Shown piece by piece: positions 13,401 to 27,464 of a DNA stretch of 64,000 bases. The position numbers and the translations under genes were made by a program. Origin of the DNA: Octopus vulgaris (Eukaryota); contig OX597831.1 in NCBI GenBank assembly GCA_951406725.2, positions 868,001 through 932,000 on the forward strand, given 5' to 3'. Each line of letters starts with the position of its first letter. Positions within the stretch are counted from its first letter, which is position 1. The notes under the pieces are model-generated. The model did not search any database. It was not told the DNA's origin and saw nothing but the letters and a program-made list of their open reading frames with translations.

Positions 13401-13850
13401 TTAAAATCCATATTTTACTCTTTTACTTGTTTCAGTCATCTGACTGTGGCCATGCTGGAGCACTGCCCTTAGTCGAGCGGGGTGTAAGTTTGTATATTTG
13501 TACACATGCACATACACACACACACAAACAAACAAAAATGTGTAGAAATATTTTACTCTTTTAAAATCCATATTTACTCTTTTACCCGTTTCAGTCATCT
13601 GACTGTGGCCATGCTAGAGCACCACCCTTAGTCGAGCAGGGTGTATGTTGGTATATTTATACACACGCACTTACACACACACACAAACAAACAAAAATGA
13701 GTAGAAATATTTTACTCTTTTAAAATCCATATTTACTCTTTTACTTGTTTCAGTCATTTGACTGTGATCATGCTGGAGCACCGCCTTTAGTCGAGCAAAT
13801 CAACCCCAGGACTTATTCTTTGTAAGCCTAATACTTATTCTGTTGGTCTG
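13401..13850 (-). repeat. Tandem ~159-bp duplication of a SINE A tail plus a captured 69-bp segment
   Basis: Units start ttaaaatccatat at 13401, 13561 and ~13720; the third unit continues into the SINE A body. Confidence 0.85.
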
Positions 13851-13870
13851 TTAGCATAAGAAAGCATAAG

Positions 13871-13911
<41 letters not shown>

Positions 13912-14326
13912 TTGGAACGGTGATATCCCAGCATGACTGCAGCTTTGAAGCTGAAACAATTTAAAGATTTAAAGATGTATGTATGTATGTATGTATATAT
14001 ATATGTGTGTGTGTGTGTGTAATGTATTACATATATATCCATTCATACACATATATGTGTGTGTGTGTGCATAGATATGTTTGAGTACATGCATGTTACA
14101 TATGTGTGTATGTTACTGACAATGCATACAAAGTTTTATCTATAGGATAGCTGTCTCTTAACATATGCAAATGACATATTTACAATTCCAGCAATATTTA
14201 TACACTTTTATTTATTTATTTATTTATTTAAAATAGAAATAACATTACTTGTCTAAATGAAACACAAAAGACACATATGCTCATTCACATACACACAATC
14301 ACTCACTACCCACCTCTCTCTTTCTC

Positions 14327-14367
<41 letters not shown>

Positions 14368-14625
14368 GTACACACACAAGTACGTACACATACATACATA
14401 CATACATACAAACAAAAGTATAAAAATTTCTGTTGGTTTCAGTGATGATTATTCCAGTTGTTCAATTAACCGAACTACTAACTCACTGAATTAGCATGCA
14501 AAGTGGTTGAATATTCCACAGAGATGTTCATCCTTAACCCTTTAGCACTCAGATTACTCTGTCAAATGCAATGCTTATTTGTTCACATTGTTTTCCACTA
14601 ATCATACATTATCTCGTAGCTTCAA

Positions 14626-15068
14626 GTGGTGAGCTGGCTGAACTGTTAGCACACCGGACAAAAATGCCTAGTAGCATTCCACCTGCCTTTATGTTCTGAG
14701 TTCAAATTCTGCTGAGTTCTACTTTGCCTTTCACCCTGTTGGGATTGACAAACTAAGTACCGGTCAAGTATTGAGGGTTGATAAAATAACTACCAATCAA
14801 TGCAGTGGTTTTCAACCAGGGTTCCTCCAGTACAGTCCAGGGGTTCCGCAAGAAGTTACAAAACTGCTAAAATCGGCAGTAATTTTTTAATTCTCCTGTG
14901 CAGATATGTGTGCATAAGACTATTAAATTATTGCACAGGGGTTCCTTGAGCCAGTGGAATGTTTCCTTGGGGTTCCGCTCCAGCAAAAAGTTTGAAAAGC
15001 ACTGAATCAATGTAATAGACTTAACCTTCCCTTCAGAAGCCAGTGACCCAGTGCTAAAATTTGAAACT
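14626..15068 (+). mobile_element. SINE family B with 18-bp TSD, interrupted by a hAT MITE
   Basis: TSD attatct(c/t)gtagcttcaa at 14608-14625 and 15069-15086. Confidence 0.8.
14803..15004. mobile_element. hAT (Charlie-like) MITE, 202 bp
   Basis: TIRs CAGTGGTTTTCAACC / GTTTGAAAAGCACTG; perfect 8-bp TSD AATCAATG at 14795-14802 and 15005-15012. Confidence 0.9.
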
Positions 15069-16007
15069 ATTATCTTGTAGCTTCAAAATTTCAATGATGT
15101 AGTTAGTTGTTTATTTTTAGAAAGACATTGTAGGGTATGTGTGAGGGGCCAGATCCGACCGGTTGGAACATAAAACAGGTTGGATACTTGGGTCAGATAT
15201 AGCTGGTTGGAATACTAAAAAGTTAATATTATTCTGAAGCAGAATCTGCACGACACAAGAGTGTGACTAAGCTGGGTCTTCAAAATATACAAGCACAATT
15301 CAATTGACTGGGCTTCTGACACAGTTTTCTGTCTAATCAATGTCGCTCACAAAGCTCTCAAGTAAAGACATTTGTCCAAGATGTCACACAATAGTATTGA
15401 ACCAGGAACTTCATGATTGCTAAATGAACTTCTTAAACAGTTTGTCATGCATAAAACTATACATACACATACACACACACACACACACTCCTTATTACCC
15501 CCTACTGTGCATAGATTATATATGTATATTTATTAATATATGCTTATTCATTCAAATATATTAATTTATATACAGAAAATGGAAAGAAAGAAAATAAAGA
15601 GTGATACAATGTGTGTGTGTGTGTGTGTGTGTTCATACATATATACACATATATACACATATGAAAGGATAGAGATACCCACATTGACATGTATGCCTAG
15701 ATGTCTGTATGTATCTTATATACATATATTCATATACTACAGGCTAATGCACAAATATATATAAAGCATATATTGCTATATGTCTATATATATAAGGCTA
15801 CACATGCACACACACACACACACACAGATGTGTATTTGTATATTTTAAGGTAATTATCATATCTTGATTCAGAGAAATAAAGATAAACATACAAAATAAA
15901 AACATGCATTTACATATATATTACACACATTTCTACACATTTTTGTTTGTTTGTGTGTGTGTGTATGTGCGTGTGTACAAATATACAAACATACACCACG
16001 CATATAA

Positions 16008-16050
<43 letters not shown>

Positions 16051-16591
16051 TACATAATATATATCATCTCATCATTTTACATTCACTTCCTATACTGACA
16101 TGGGTGGTTGGACAGTATGACAGGATTCATTGAGTTGGGCTCTGACTTTGCATGGTTTCTATACCTGGATGCCCTTCCTAATGAGATGTAGGGAGGAGAG
16201 GACAGTAAAACAAAGGCAAGTTGGAGAGAAGTGATGGGCAAATGTAATGAAAGTATTCCAACCTCCAACACTTCACATGTTAAGTCTTCTCTCAACCATA
16301 CTTGCACAAGAAAGCAGGTTTGCTATATATTTTGGTTCATTCGTTCATTCATTTTTGTAAACCAGTGCAGATTGGACAGTTACTTATTTGAGGTAGTTTT
16401 TTTTACAGCTGGAGTGCTCTTCCTATCACCAACACTAACTTGCTTTTCAAATAAGGGATTTTATATCCTACTGAATTTCAAAAATGCAGAGCAGCAGGAC
16501 ATTATGTTAGAAGGGAATGTAAACATGACAACACCATGTTTACCTCACAAATTTTCTTGCAAAGAAGCAGAAATTACAACTTCAAGCACAC

Positions 16592-16639
<48 letters not shown>

Positions 16640-16857
16640 CACACACACACACGTACACAAAGAGGCACAAACACATATATAGCCTTTAATACAGTTTCGA
16701 TCAACCAATTCCTAAGGCTGACCAATAACAAAACAGTGGTCAGCCTGAAGCTATAATAGAAGATGCTTCAACAATGTGCCATGCAGTTGGACTGAACTTG
16801 AGACCATATCGTTGTGCAGTGGACTTCTTGACCACACTACCATATTTGAGTATAAAT

Positions 16858-17103
16858 CATCATCATTTAGCGTCCGCTTTCCATGCTAGCATGGGTTGGA
16901 CGGTTCAACTGGGGTCTGGGAAGCCAGAAGGCTGCACCAGGCTCCAATCTGATCTGGCAATGTTTCTATGGCTGGATGCCCTTCCTAATGCCAACCACTC
17001 CGTGAGTGTAGTCGGTGCTTTTTACGTGCCAGACAGGGCTGGTAAACGGCCACGGTCGGATGGTACTTTTTACGTGCCACCGGCACGGGGGTCAGGCGAG
17101 GCT
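16858..17103 (-). mobile_element. Retroposon family D (tail ...catgctagcatggaaagcggacgctaaatgatg)
   Basis: Near-identical to 52950-53262 and 63093-63280 in the opposite orientation. Confidence 0.8.
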
Positions 17104-17185
17104 GGAATATATGTATATATTATGCTCCAGAATGACCGCAGTCGAATGGCTGAAACAAATAATAGGATATATATATTTACATGCA

Positions 17186-17527
17186 GTTAAATATATGTCT
17201 GGTCATAGAGTGACCAATGGTTTCACATCCATAAAGCACTTAGCTTTACAGATGGCTTGTCAGAGTCTAATGGTGGAAAGTAAATACATTACTCCATACA
17301 ATAGAGTGTGCTTCTTTTTCAAATATATGATCCACTGATGATATATTAAAAGTAATTAAGTTTATGTCTGGCCATAAAGTGACCAATGGTTTCACATCCG
17401 CAAAGGCCTCAGCCTCGCAGATGTCTCCATTGGTCACTCTATGACCGGATATAAACTTAATTACTTTTAATACATTACTGCTCTATGCTTTAGAAGGTGC
17501 TTCTTTTTTTGCATATATGATACATTG

Positions 17528-17535
<8 letters not shown>
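17186..17535 (-). mobile_element. Tandem ~170-bp hammerhead-bearing unit (retrozyme or PLE terminal-repeat-like)
   Basis: Direct repeats 17187/17356 and 17283/17469; minus-strand hammerhead at 17206-17269. Confidence 0.55.
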
Positions 17536-17544
<9 letters not shown>

Positions 17545-17564
<20 letters not shown>

Positions 17565-18056
17565 AAATCCGTTCTGTCTGTTTGTGTATGTAACTTCTAG
17601 GATCTCAGGCATCCTCCATCTGATTGCGCTCAAATTTGATGTGTAGATTCTGACGGTATCGGAGCGTGTATAAGTCTTGAAAAAATTACAAAAATCGATT
17701 CCAGGCGAGAATGCATAACTGCACCTCCGATTTTTTTGTTGTTTTTGTACTGCTTAAAGGCACGTTTCTTTCCTGCCAAGCTTACTGTTTAAACCATGTT
17801 TGTGTTCTCCCATCATTACTGGTACTTTAAACTCTTCGGTTACACATTTGTGTGAATAAAATCGTTTTCTTTGGAATAGAATAAAAGTCTATCTTTATTT
17901 CTTCTTTTGCTGGTGTCTCAAATTTAGGTTAAATCAGTGTTTCTCAAAGGGGAAGCCTATGGGATGGTCGGACATGTTGCTTTGAGAAAATTTAGCTTAA
18001 ATGTTTGACAACTCAGCACTGTCCATTGGACGGGGGGGGGGGGGCGTTTCGCTCGT
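17545..18056 (+). mobile_element. Non-autonomous Helitron-like element
   Basis: 5' tataaaatccgttctgtctgtttgtg...gattgcgctcaaatttg and 3' GC-rich end ...gctcgt (CTAGT-like), inserted in a (TA)n tract; no TIRs. Confidence 0.5.
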
Positions 18057-20113
18057 ATATATGTATGTATATATATATATATTTATCATGTATTTATGCA
18101 TACATACACACATATATGCACACACACACATACACACACACACACACGTAAATATATTCTCATATTCTTTAACTCATTCCAGTCATTCCACTTGAGTATA
18201 TATATATATAGGCATAGACATAATGGTTGTATGGTTAACCCTTTAATGGCAAAGTTAAATTTCACGGTTATTCCAGTAATGATGTTAAATATCTACCAAA
18301 ATAGTAAATTGGTATTTTCAGCAAGTTACATTGCCTCAAGAAACTTGACATATCTCAGCAAAAATTAGTTTCAAGCATGACATTCCTCAACAACAGACAG
18401 ACAGATATATAAAACTACTTTCTGCAGTTAAGGGAAATGAAATTTTGAGTGGATGTCTGAAAAGTTAAGCAGTTCATTTCACAACCAATTGTTCTGTGTT
18501 TCATCTGATTGCATAGTATCTTGGGCAAATGTCTACTATTCTAGCCTGGAACTAACCAAAGCTTGTAAGTGGAATTTTATTTAAGGTCTATTATCTAGTG
18601 TTTTTTTTATGTTTGTGTCCCTTTGTGGTCTGTAACTTAGTGGTTCAAAATAAGTACCAGACTGCAGTAAATATTGGGACTGGTGTGATTGACTAAACTC
18701 TCAAGGAGACATTACTCAAGTGGAATGACTGGAATGAGTTAAAGAATATGAGAATATATTTACATGTGTGTGTGTGTGTGTGTGTGTGTATGTATACATA
18801 AATACATGATAAATATGTAGACATATACAATCACACACATACATGTATCTGTGAATTAAGTTTATACTAACAGATAGCTGCATGAATATGGGTACCCAAA
18901 CATTCACACACACACACACACACTAACATGTCTGCACATACTTTCCACCTCATCATCATGCATTGATATATATATGTATATATATATATATATATATATA
19001 ATAGTTACATACATACATATAGTTATAAACATATATACATATATATATGGATTTGGTTTGCAAAATTCTTTATATGAGTTCGTGTGTTGAAGCATATTCT
19101 GTTGTGTCTGGGGAGAGTCATTCTATTTTAGCGCCTTATTTAACACACTCACCGGTAAAATTTCCACTTATTTCTTATTTTTATTTTCTAAAATTTTCAT
19201 TGCATCTTGCAACCTTTTCAATAGTGTTGACTATATATATATATATATATAAACACACACATATTTAGACAAACATAACACTACTACAACACCATACCCT
19301 TGTGGTGCTCCTCTCACCACACCATTTCCATCACTACAACCACTGCATTAATCAGTTTGCCAGCTGAAAATACACCCCATCAGAATTGACTATTTAAAAG
19401 TCGTTAAACATAAAGTGTTTTGTTGAGGCCATAACTGTCTCAGTTCAGATGGGAAGTTTTACATGGATTGGTTTATATCTTCACTTAGTGTCTGACATAA
19501 ATTTTACACATAGGAGGGGACACGATGGATACAACTACTACATAATGATGATGGAGATGATGATGATGATGATGACGACGACCACCCCCACAATGATGTC
19601 TACTTCTACCTATCGCCACCACTACCTCCACCATTATTGCAAGCACTGTGATTGTCAGCACCACTATAACAGCCACCAATGCCATAGCCACTATCCTCAC
19701 CACTACAGCAACTGCAGTCATAAATAACTGGCAACTTCACTACCATCACTACAACAAAAAACTCCATACCCCCCCAAGAAGAAGGAAGAAGAAGGAAGAA
19801 GAAGAAGAAGAAGAAGAAGAAGAAGAAGAAGAAGAAGAAGAAGAAGAAGAAGAAGAAGAAGAAGAAGAAGAAGAAGGACCCCGACAACAACAACAACAAC
19901 AGCAACTGCCATCACCACCACCACCACTACTGCAATACAACCATTATCGCATTATCATCACTAATACCACAACAGTCTTCACTTTCGAAACCACCACCAA
20001 TACTATAACTATCACATCCACCATCATCATTAACAACTCTATGATCAATACTGTCATCATCAATGATGCCAGTATAAACAGTATGGCAGAAACACAGAGG
20101 GAGAAATACTTTA

Positions 20114-20530
20114 AGGTGGCAAGCTGGCAGAAATGTTAGCATGCCGGGCGAAATGCTTAGCGGTATTTCGTCTGCCGCTATGTTCTGAGTTCAAATTCCA
20201 CTGAGGTCAACTTTGCCTTTCATCCTTTCGGGGTCGATAAATTAAGTACCAGTTACACACTAGGGTCAATATAATCGACTTAATCCGTTTGTCTGTCCTT
20301 GTTTGTCCCCTCTATGTTTAGCCCCTTGTAGGTAATAAAGAAACAGGTATTTCATCTGCCGCTATGTTCTGAGTTCAAATTCTGCCGAGGTCGACTTTGC
20401 CTTTCATCCTTTCGGGGTTGATAAATTAAGTACCAGTTACGCACTGGGGTCGATGTACTCGAATTAATCCGTTTGTCTGTCCTTGTTTGTCCCCTCTATG
20501 TTTAGCCCCTTGTGGGCAATAAAGAAATAA
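20114..20530 (+). mobile_element. SINE family B with internal tandem duplication of ~185 bp
   Basis: ggtattt..tctgccgctatgttctgagttc ... gccccttgt..gg.aataaagaaa occurs twice (~20162-20345, ~20346-20530). Confidence 0.9.
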
Positions 20531-20761
20531 GAAATACTGAGAGAGTGTCTATATGATTGTTTGACCTGCTTGATGTTGCAGTAAAATCTCTCTGAAATTA
20601 TACCTTATTGCTTGAAAAATAAAAAAAAGGACACATTGGATAATGAAGTCCAAGATACACAATGCCTGAAAAAGGGGATCATCATAGCTGGAATGCTTTT
20701 TTACCATAGATGATGACCTGTCCAAACTGTAATCACACAATAAAAGTACTATCAGCATACA

Positions 20762-21180
20762 GGCACAGGTTTGGCTGTGTGGTAAGTAGCTTGCTTCTCA
20801 ACCACATGGTTCTGGATTCAGTTCCACTGTGTGGCACCTTGGACAAATGTCTTCTACAATAGCCACAGGCTGACCAAAGCCTTGTGAGTGGATCTGGTAG
20901 GTGGAAACTGAAAGAAGCCCATCATATTTATGTATGTGTGTCTTTGTGCGTGTCCCACCACAACCACTTTGTGTCTGTGTCCCCCACCACCACTTGAAAA
21001 TGTGTGTTGGTTTGCTTACATCCTTGTAACTTAGTGGTTTGGCAAAAGAGACTGATAGAATTAGTACCAGACTTAAAAAAAAACAAATTACTGGGGTTGA
21101 TTCAGTCAACTAATAACTCTTCAAGGTGGTGCCCCAGAATGGCTGCAGTGTAACGATTGAAACAAGTGAAAGATAAAAGA
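20762..21180 (+). mobile_element. SINE family A
   Basis: Full head-to-tail match to family A. Confidence 0.85.
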
Positions 21181-21563
21181 TAGACTGCAGCTATGATCAT
21201 CCAGTAATTTTTGACTCAGGCATAATGTATACAAAACAACATTGTTTAATTTACTTTCAATAAGACTGTAGGATGTACTACAAGGGAGGAGATCGGTGGC
21301 TATTTCTAACTTATTGAACAACCATCATGAAAGCTTACTTGCAAGCTCATAATTACGTAAGTCACCATACAGACACCTATATTATTAGTTGCACCGGTTG
21401 ACAAGTCACAGTGAAAGAATAAATCACACCACCTTTGAGTATATAAATGAATATAATATTTTGGCTGTAGCTTTTGACCCATTCAGAAGTCACACATCGC
21501 CTTTTGTGAATACTGTTTGCAACTTTGCTTCTGTTTTCATATCATCATCATCATCATCATCAT

Positions 21564-21616
<53 letters not shown>

Positions 21617-23194
21617 AAATTTTACAGTTTAGCAATGTCCTGGAACCATAGATACGATAGCAATGTGTTTTGTATGATCTATTTCTGCAGCAAAGAAATT
21701 AAGTGATGCTTTTAAATCAACACACCTGATTGGCTGACAATATACCTCTAACATCTACAGACATTAGTGTTACACCTACCCTGTAGAGAACTATACAATT
21801 TATATTCTAAATGTCTATACACACATACAGACACACACACACACACACTCACACACACATTATATTCATGAGACTGCTTGTGGTCACGGATATGTTTGTT
21901 TTGTAGCAGAATAAAATTCTGCTGAAGCAGATACTTTTATTTCTTTTTTTTTATGCATGACATCATCAACATGTATTTGATTATGACACTGATACACATG
22001 TAGACCGAATAGCGACATGACCAACACAACTTATATACTCAATTATTTGCTGCTGCTGCTGTTGCCGCTGCTGGTATGTGTGCTTGCACATGCAAGTGCT
22101 TATGTGTGTGCATGTATGTGTTAGTTTGGTGTGAATTTCCAGAGTAGAGCACATGTATGTATGTGCATGCATATTTGTGTCTAATGTGCACGCACACACA
22201 CACACACACAACTTTTCCCAAGCTACTTTGAAGTTTCATCTATGTAGCCTTCATTAAATTGTCCAATGAAAGTTACACAGATGAAACTTTGAAGGGACTA
22301 TCAACCTTTCCCTTGGAAAAATAAAACAAATATATTACTCTACTGAAAAAGCATTGAGTGATCTTTCAATTTAAGGTTTCATTGTTTATATATATATAAC
22401 TATACAAACACACACACACACATAATATATATATCTTTATCAATATACAAACACACACACGCACGCACGCGCACATGCACACACACACACATACACATGA
22501 AGCTATATATGTGTGTAAGTGTATATACATGCACATGGTTGCATATGTGAAATGTTACATGTGCATAAGTTTAATAAAATAGAATAAAAGCACCAATAAA
22601 TCTGACTCCTGACAGCTCAGTGCCAACAACCATTAATTTATAGCAACAATAGGGCTGAAGAAAAATACCTGAGGGTGGAAGGAGGGGGGTGCATCCTGCA
22701 AACTAAATACACGTACAGTAGAGTTAATTAAATGATTTATAACTTTGACCCAGAGTTGCCCGCCAGCCAAGACAACATCTGGCAACCAAACCACAGCACA
22801 ATGAACTGAACTGCGTATATTCTTCCAAAACTGGTCAGGACAAAGGTGTTGTAACTATTGATGAAATTATGATACACACACACACACACAAACATACAAA
22901 CACGTGCGTGCACACACACACACACACACAAGTGTATGGGTAGAGATATGGCTGTGCGACTGAAAAGCTTGTTTCCCAACCATGTGACCTTAAGCAGGTG
23001 TATTTTACTAAAGCCCTGGGCCTACTAAAAGCTCTGGGCCTACCAAAAGCACTGGACCTACCAAATATGTGCATATATTTTTTTATGTGTATGTGTGTGT
23101 ACCTTCATCTTCACATTTTGTGATGGTTATAAACAAATATCAAAGTCATATATCATCATCATCGTTTAACGTCCATTTTCCGCGCTAGCACGGG

Positions 23195-23239
<45 letters not shown>

Positions 23240-23456
23240 CTTCAAAAGTTAGAGAGAGAAAGGCAAAAAAGATGAAACTGGGCAAAAACATAACAGACAG
23301 AAAATGGAGACAAAAACATGATACAAGGAACATTTGCAGCTGATTTTCTCATCAGTTTGTTTCCGAGACATCTTAGTGGTTTCATGCTATTTAAAACCAA
23401 GACCACTGTTATCAACAGGAGTGCCAGAGCATAGAACTACAGGAAAAGGTTGATGA

Positions 23457-23487
<31 letters not shown>

Positions 23488-25639
23488 TATACATGCATAC
23501 ATATATACTTATACACACACATATATGTACATGTATACATTGTATGTATATTTTAGATACAGGTATATATACATACATGTATGTATATCATTGTTCATCC
23601 AATGTATAGTCATTAATGTTGCTATCATTGAATTAACATGGAGTGACACAAATGCAGTATGTACATTTTCTTCCAAAATATTGCTTTGGTGTAGTTTGAT
23701 CTGAAGGTTCATTTTATGACCCTCAATTTTGCCAGTGGCTTTAAATTGACATTACAGCCCCTCCCCTCAAGCCTTATACACACACTCACAGATAAAGTTC
23801 AGTGGCACCAAAGTGGGTTTACACCCCATACCCTCCAAGAAGCCCCCCACACACCTCTCTCATACATTTGCACACACAAAACAAATAGTTCTGTGGCACT
23901 GAAGTGGCATCAGTCCTTCTCCACCTCTCACACATGCACATGGAAATAGTTATTGTATAATTGGGCTATTAATTACTATGGTTACTGTAATTGATGTAAA
24001 GATGTTTCCAAACCCTCTCCCTTCTTCGGTAACCATAATTGTTCCAAGCAAGAAGAGACTAATGGTCAGATTTGACTTCAATTCCAATATGATGATGATG
24101 ATGATGGCAGCTGAGCAAATGATGCAAAAATCTCATTAGAAGCTATGTCATTTTACCATTAGCATTGTCTACAGTTAATTTTACTACTCCTTCAAGACAA
24201 TAATAATTACAGAATGAACCAGGCTGGTTGTTTCCTTCCCACTCAATAGTTGCTGAACTTATATGATATGATGCTGAAAATAAAGCCTAGACAAGTAGCA
24301 ACTAGTGAGGAGACAAAATTCTTCAAGTTGTATTTCCATTAAAAAGAATAAATGATATTATATCGACTGGCCACCCTTCATTAGAAACTTTCGTTTCTAA
24401 AGCTACACTAAATACATTTTCTTAACAGAATTAATCATTAGTTCAATAGTTCTGTGGTGTTGTATGTAAATTTGGCCATAAATTTAATTAATTGATGAAA
24501 TAGCTTTTCTCCTGGATAGTATGCCAGCACTTCAAACATGTCTTTGAACTCACATTGTCAGCTAATGAAATATTCATTAGTTGTTATGCAGTGCACCAGT
24601 CACCACTAAATACAATAGTGATCTATAGCATACAATGGCACCAAGTTACCACAGTACTTTAGGCATATAAAAATAAATAGTTTACACCTGTGGTTGTTTA
24701 TTTGTCTCAGTCAGTTCTACTTAAATAAACTTCTGACAAGGAAGTAGTTGGCTGAACACTTAAGAATGAAAAATATTCTCTTCCAGAATATTTATTTGCA
24801 GCTAAATGGGTTGGGATTCTGAGAGTTAAGTGCAGTGCCAGTGATGGAATATACATAGATCCTTTAGCTAATAGGTCGACATCATAACAACACTGTCATC
24901 TATGATTTTCACAGATCAATAAACAAGTCACAGAAACAATGTTAAAACAGAAATAATTGCTTAAGATTTATGCCAACACAACCAAGTAATGTAAATAAAT
25001 GTTTTCATTAGACATTGCCTTTAACAAAATCTTCATTCCCCAGCAGTATGTGATTTCCCTTCTTTTATATATACATATATATATATATCTTTTATTCTTC
25101 TTGTTTTTTTCCTTATGTACTTGTTGTAACCCCCTCTGCCATTTTTTTCTACACATGTGCATGTGTATGCATAAATGCACATGCATATGTCTCTGCATGT
25201 ATTTATATGCAGTTGAGTGTTTACCTTAAGTATGCATGTGTATGTATATATATACATATATATATATATATAATGGAAAAAATTATACAAAATGTGAGTG
25301 TATATATATATATAATATATATGATGATGATGATGATATATACATACACATACACACACATATATATACACACACATATATGCATACACATATATATATA
25401 CATACACATATATATACACACACATACACATATATATATATATTATATGCATATATGTGTATTTATATGTATATATATGTGTGTGTATGTATTGTGGATG
25501 TATGTAGGCATGCCTGTGTTGGCGTCTTTTATTCTAGGGATGCCCTTCCTAATGCCAACCACTTTACAGAATATCCTGGGTGCTTTTTATATGGCACCAG
25601 CACATCGCACCAGAACAGGTGCTGGCAGAAATGTCAAAG

Positions 25640-25845
25640 GAGGCGAGCTGGCAGAAATGCAAGTACACTGTTGCTACGTTCTGAGTTCAAATTCCACCGA
25701 GGTCGACTTTGCCGTTCATCCTTTCGGGGGTCGATCAAATAAGTACCAGTTACGCACTGGAGTCGATGTAATCGACTCAATCCATTTGTTTGTCCTTGTT
25801 TGTCCCCTCTGTGTGTAGCCCCTTGTGGGCAGTAAAGAAATAAGT
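25640..25845 (+). mobile_element. SINE family B
   Basis: ggcgagctggcagaa head, ttcatcctttcgggggtcgat core, gccccttgtggg tail. Confidence 0.85.
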
Positions 25846-26009
25846 ACAGAAGCTTTTTTGTGGCACCGAAAATAAAGGAGATCACTTTAATTAAGCTTAA
25901 TTGAATTAATATCAATATTATTGCATTTATTTGGTCATTTCAGTTGCAGAGAAATGACTATGTACTTAGAAGCAAATGTAGGAGATATATTAAAAAAGGA
26001 GTCACTTAC

Positions 26010-26162
26010 CTGTAGAGACAGGAATCAGAAGCTGTTGGACTGGTAGAGATGAACCTGTAGTTTGTCCTTGGGTTAAATGCTGACCAGCAATGAAAAACTG
26101 TGGTGCCACTTGCGGTTGACTAAATAACTGCTGGGGTTGATTGGAAAGGGCCGATATTGTAC
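26010..26162 (-). CDS. Coding exon (153 nt, symmetric phase 1-1) of the same gene, Q-rich
   Basis: Minus strand: ctttattctatctcattcag|GT acceptor and ACA G|gtaagt donor. Frame (G)TISALSNQPQQLFSQPQVAPQFFIAGQHLTQGQTTGSSLPVQQLLIPVST(G) joins in frame to exon 47479-47680 across a ~21.3-kb intron. Confidence 0.88.
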
Positions 26163-26427
26163 CTGAATGAGATAGAATAAAGTGTTGAGGATAATTGCGT
26201 TTGCACATAAGTAAAGGAAGATGTGTAAAATATAATCATGAATATTACTACTGCAGAATGTGTGTGTGTGTTTTTGGAAACAAGAATGAAAGGTGAAGTC
26301 AATATATGTTATACATATTGTTTGGCAGGAAGTTGAAACTTCACTCTTGCTATTCAAAGTGACAACTTTGGAATAGTGACAGAGCACATTTTCCATACAC
26401 CAGGCAGATGAATACACACACACACAC

Positions 26428-26502
<75 letters not shown>

Positions 26503-26754
26503 ATTCATGAAGTCAACCCTTTTTCTGTTATAACTATTCCAAAGGTCTTTGCTCTATGGAACAATTCAGCATATGTGCTCAAGTCAATGTGAGAGCATCT
26601 ATGGTCATTGAACCTCCTTGAAACAGCAGTCAAGTTCTTTCAAGTTTCACCCTAACTTCTTAAGAAAGTGACTACAAATTGGATGATGTAGTTCTAAATG
26701 TTTAAGAAGACAGGACATAATAATGGTTTCAAATTTTGCCACAAGGGCAGCTAT

Positions 26755-27030
26755 AATAATCCTTTCTACTATTGGAACAAGACCTGGATTTTGTGGGGAG
26801 GGGGACAGTCGATCTCATCAACACCAGTGCTCAACTGGTACTTGATTTATCGACCCCAAAAGGATGAAAGGTAAAGTCGACCTTGGTGGAATTTGAACTC
26901 AGAATATAGTGACGGGTGAAATACCACTAAGCATTTCATCCAGTGTGCTAATGATTCTGTCAGCTCACTGCTTTTAATAATAATAATAATAATAATAATA
27001 ATCATAATAATAATAATAATAATAATAGTA

Positions 27031-27104
<74 letters not shown>

Positions 27105-27336
27105 ATTGATTTCAAATTTTTGGCACAAGGCTAACAGTTTTGGGGAGGAGGTAACCAATACTCAACTGGTATTTATTTTATTGACCCCAAAAGAATGAAA
27201 GACAAAGTTGACCTTGGCAGTATTTGAACTCACAATGTAAAGACAGATGAAATAGTTTAAAGCAGTTCGCCCAACGTGCTAATGATTCTGCCAGCTCACC
27301 GCTTTGATGATGATAATAATAATAAAAATAATAATG

Positions 27337-27409
<73 letters not shown>

Positions 27410-27416
27410 TAATAGC

Positions 27417-27464
<48 letters not shown>

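Larger units (their letters stand above)
14538..15222. mobile_element. piggyBac-like MITE (TTAA-flanked) hosting a nested SINE B and hAT MITE
   Basis: ttaa|ccctttagcact ... aatactaaaaag|ttaa; uninterrupted inverse copy at 59594-59793. Confidence 0.7.

Noticed and set aside
19188-19232. Minus-strand hammerhead-like ctattga..gttgc/gcaat-gaaa in a TA-flanked repeat
   Set aside because: Core departs at several positions and stems I and III are unclear.
19648-20139. 163-aa ORF with poly-E/Q/P tracts
   Set aside because: (GAA)n, (CAA)n and (CCA)n microsatellites running into a SINE head.
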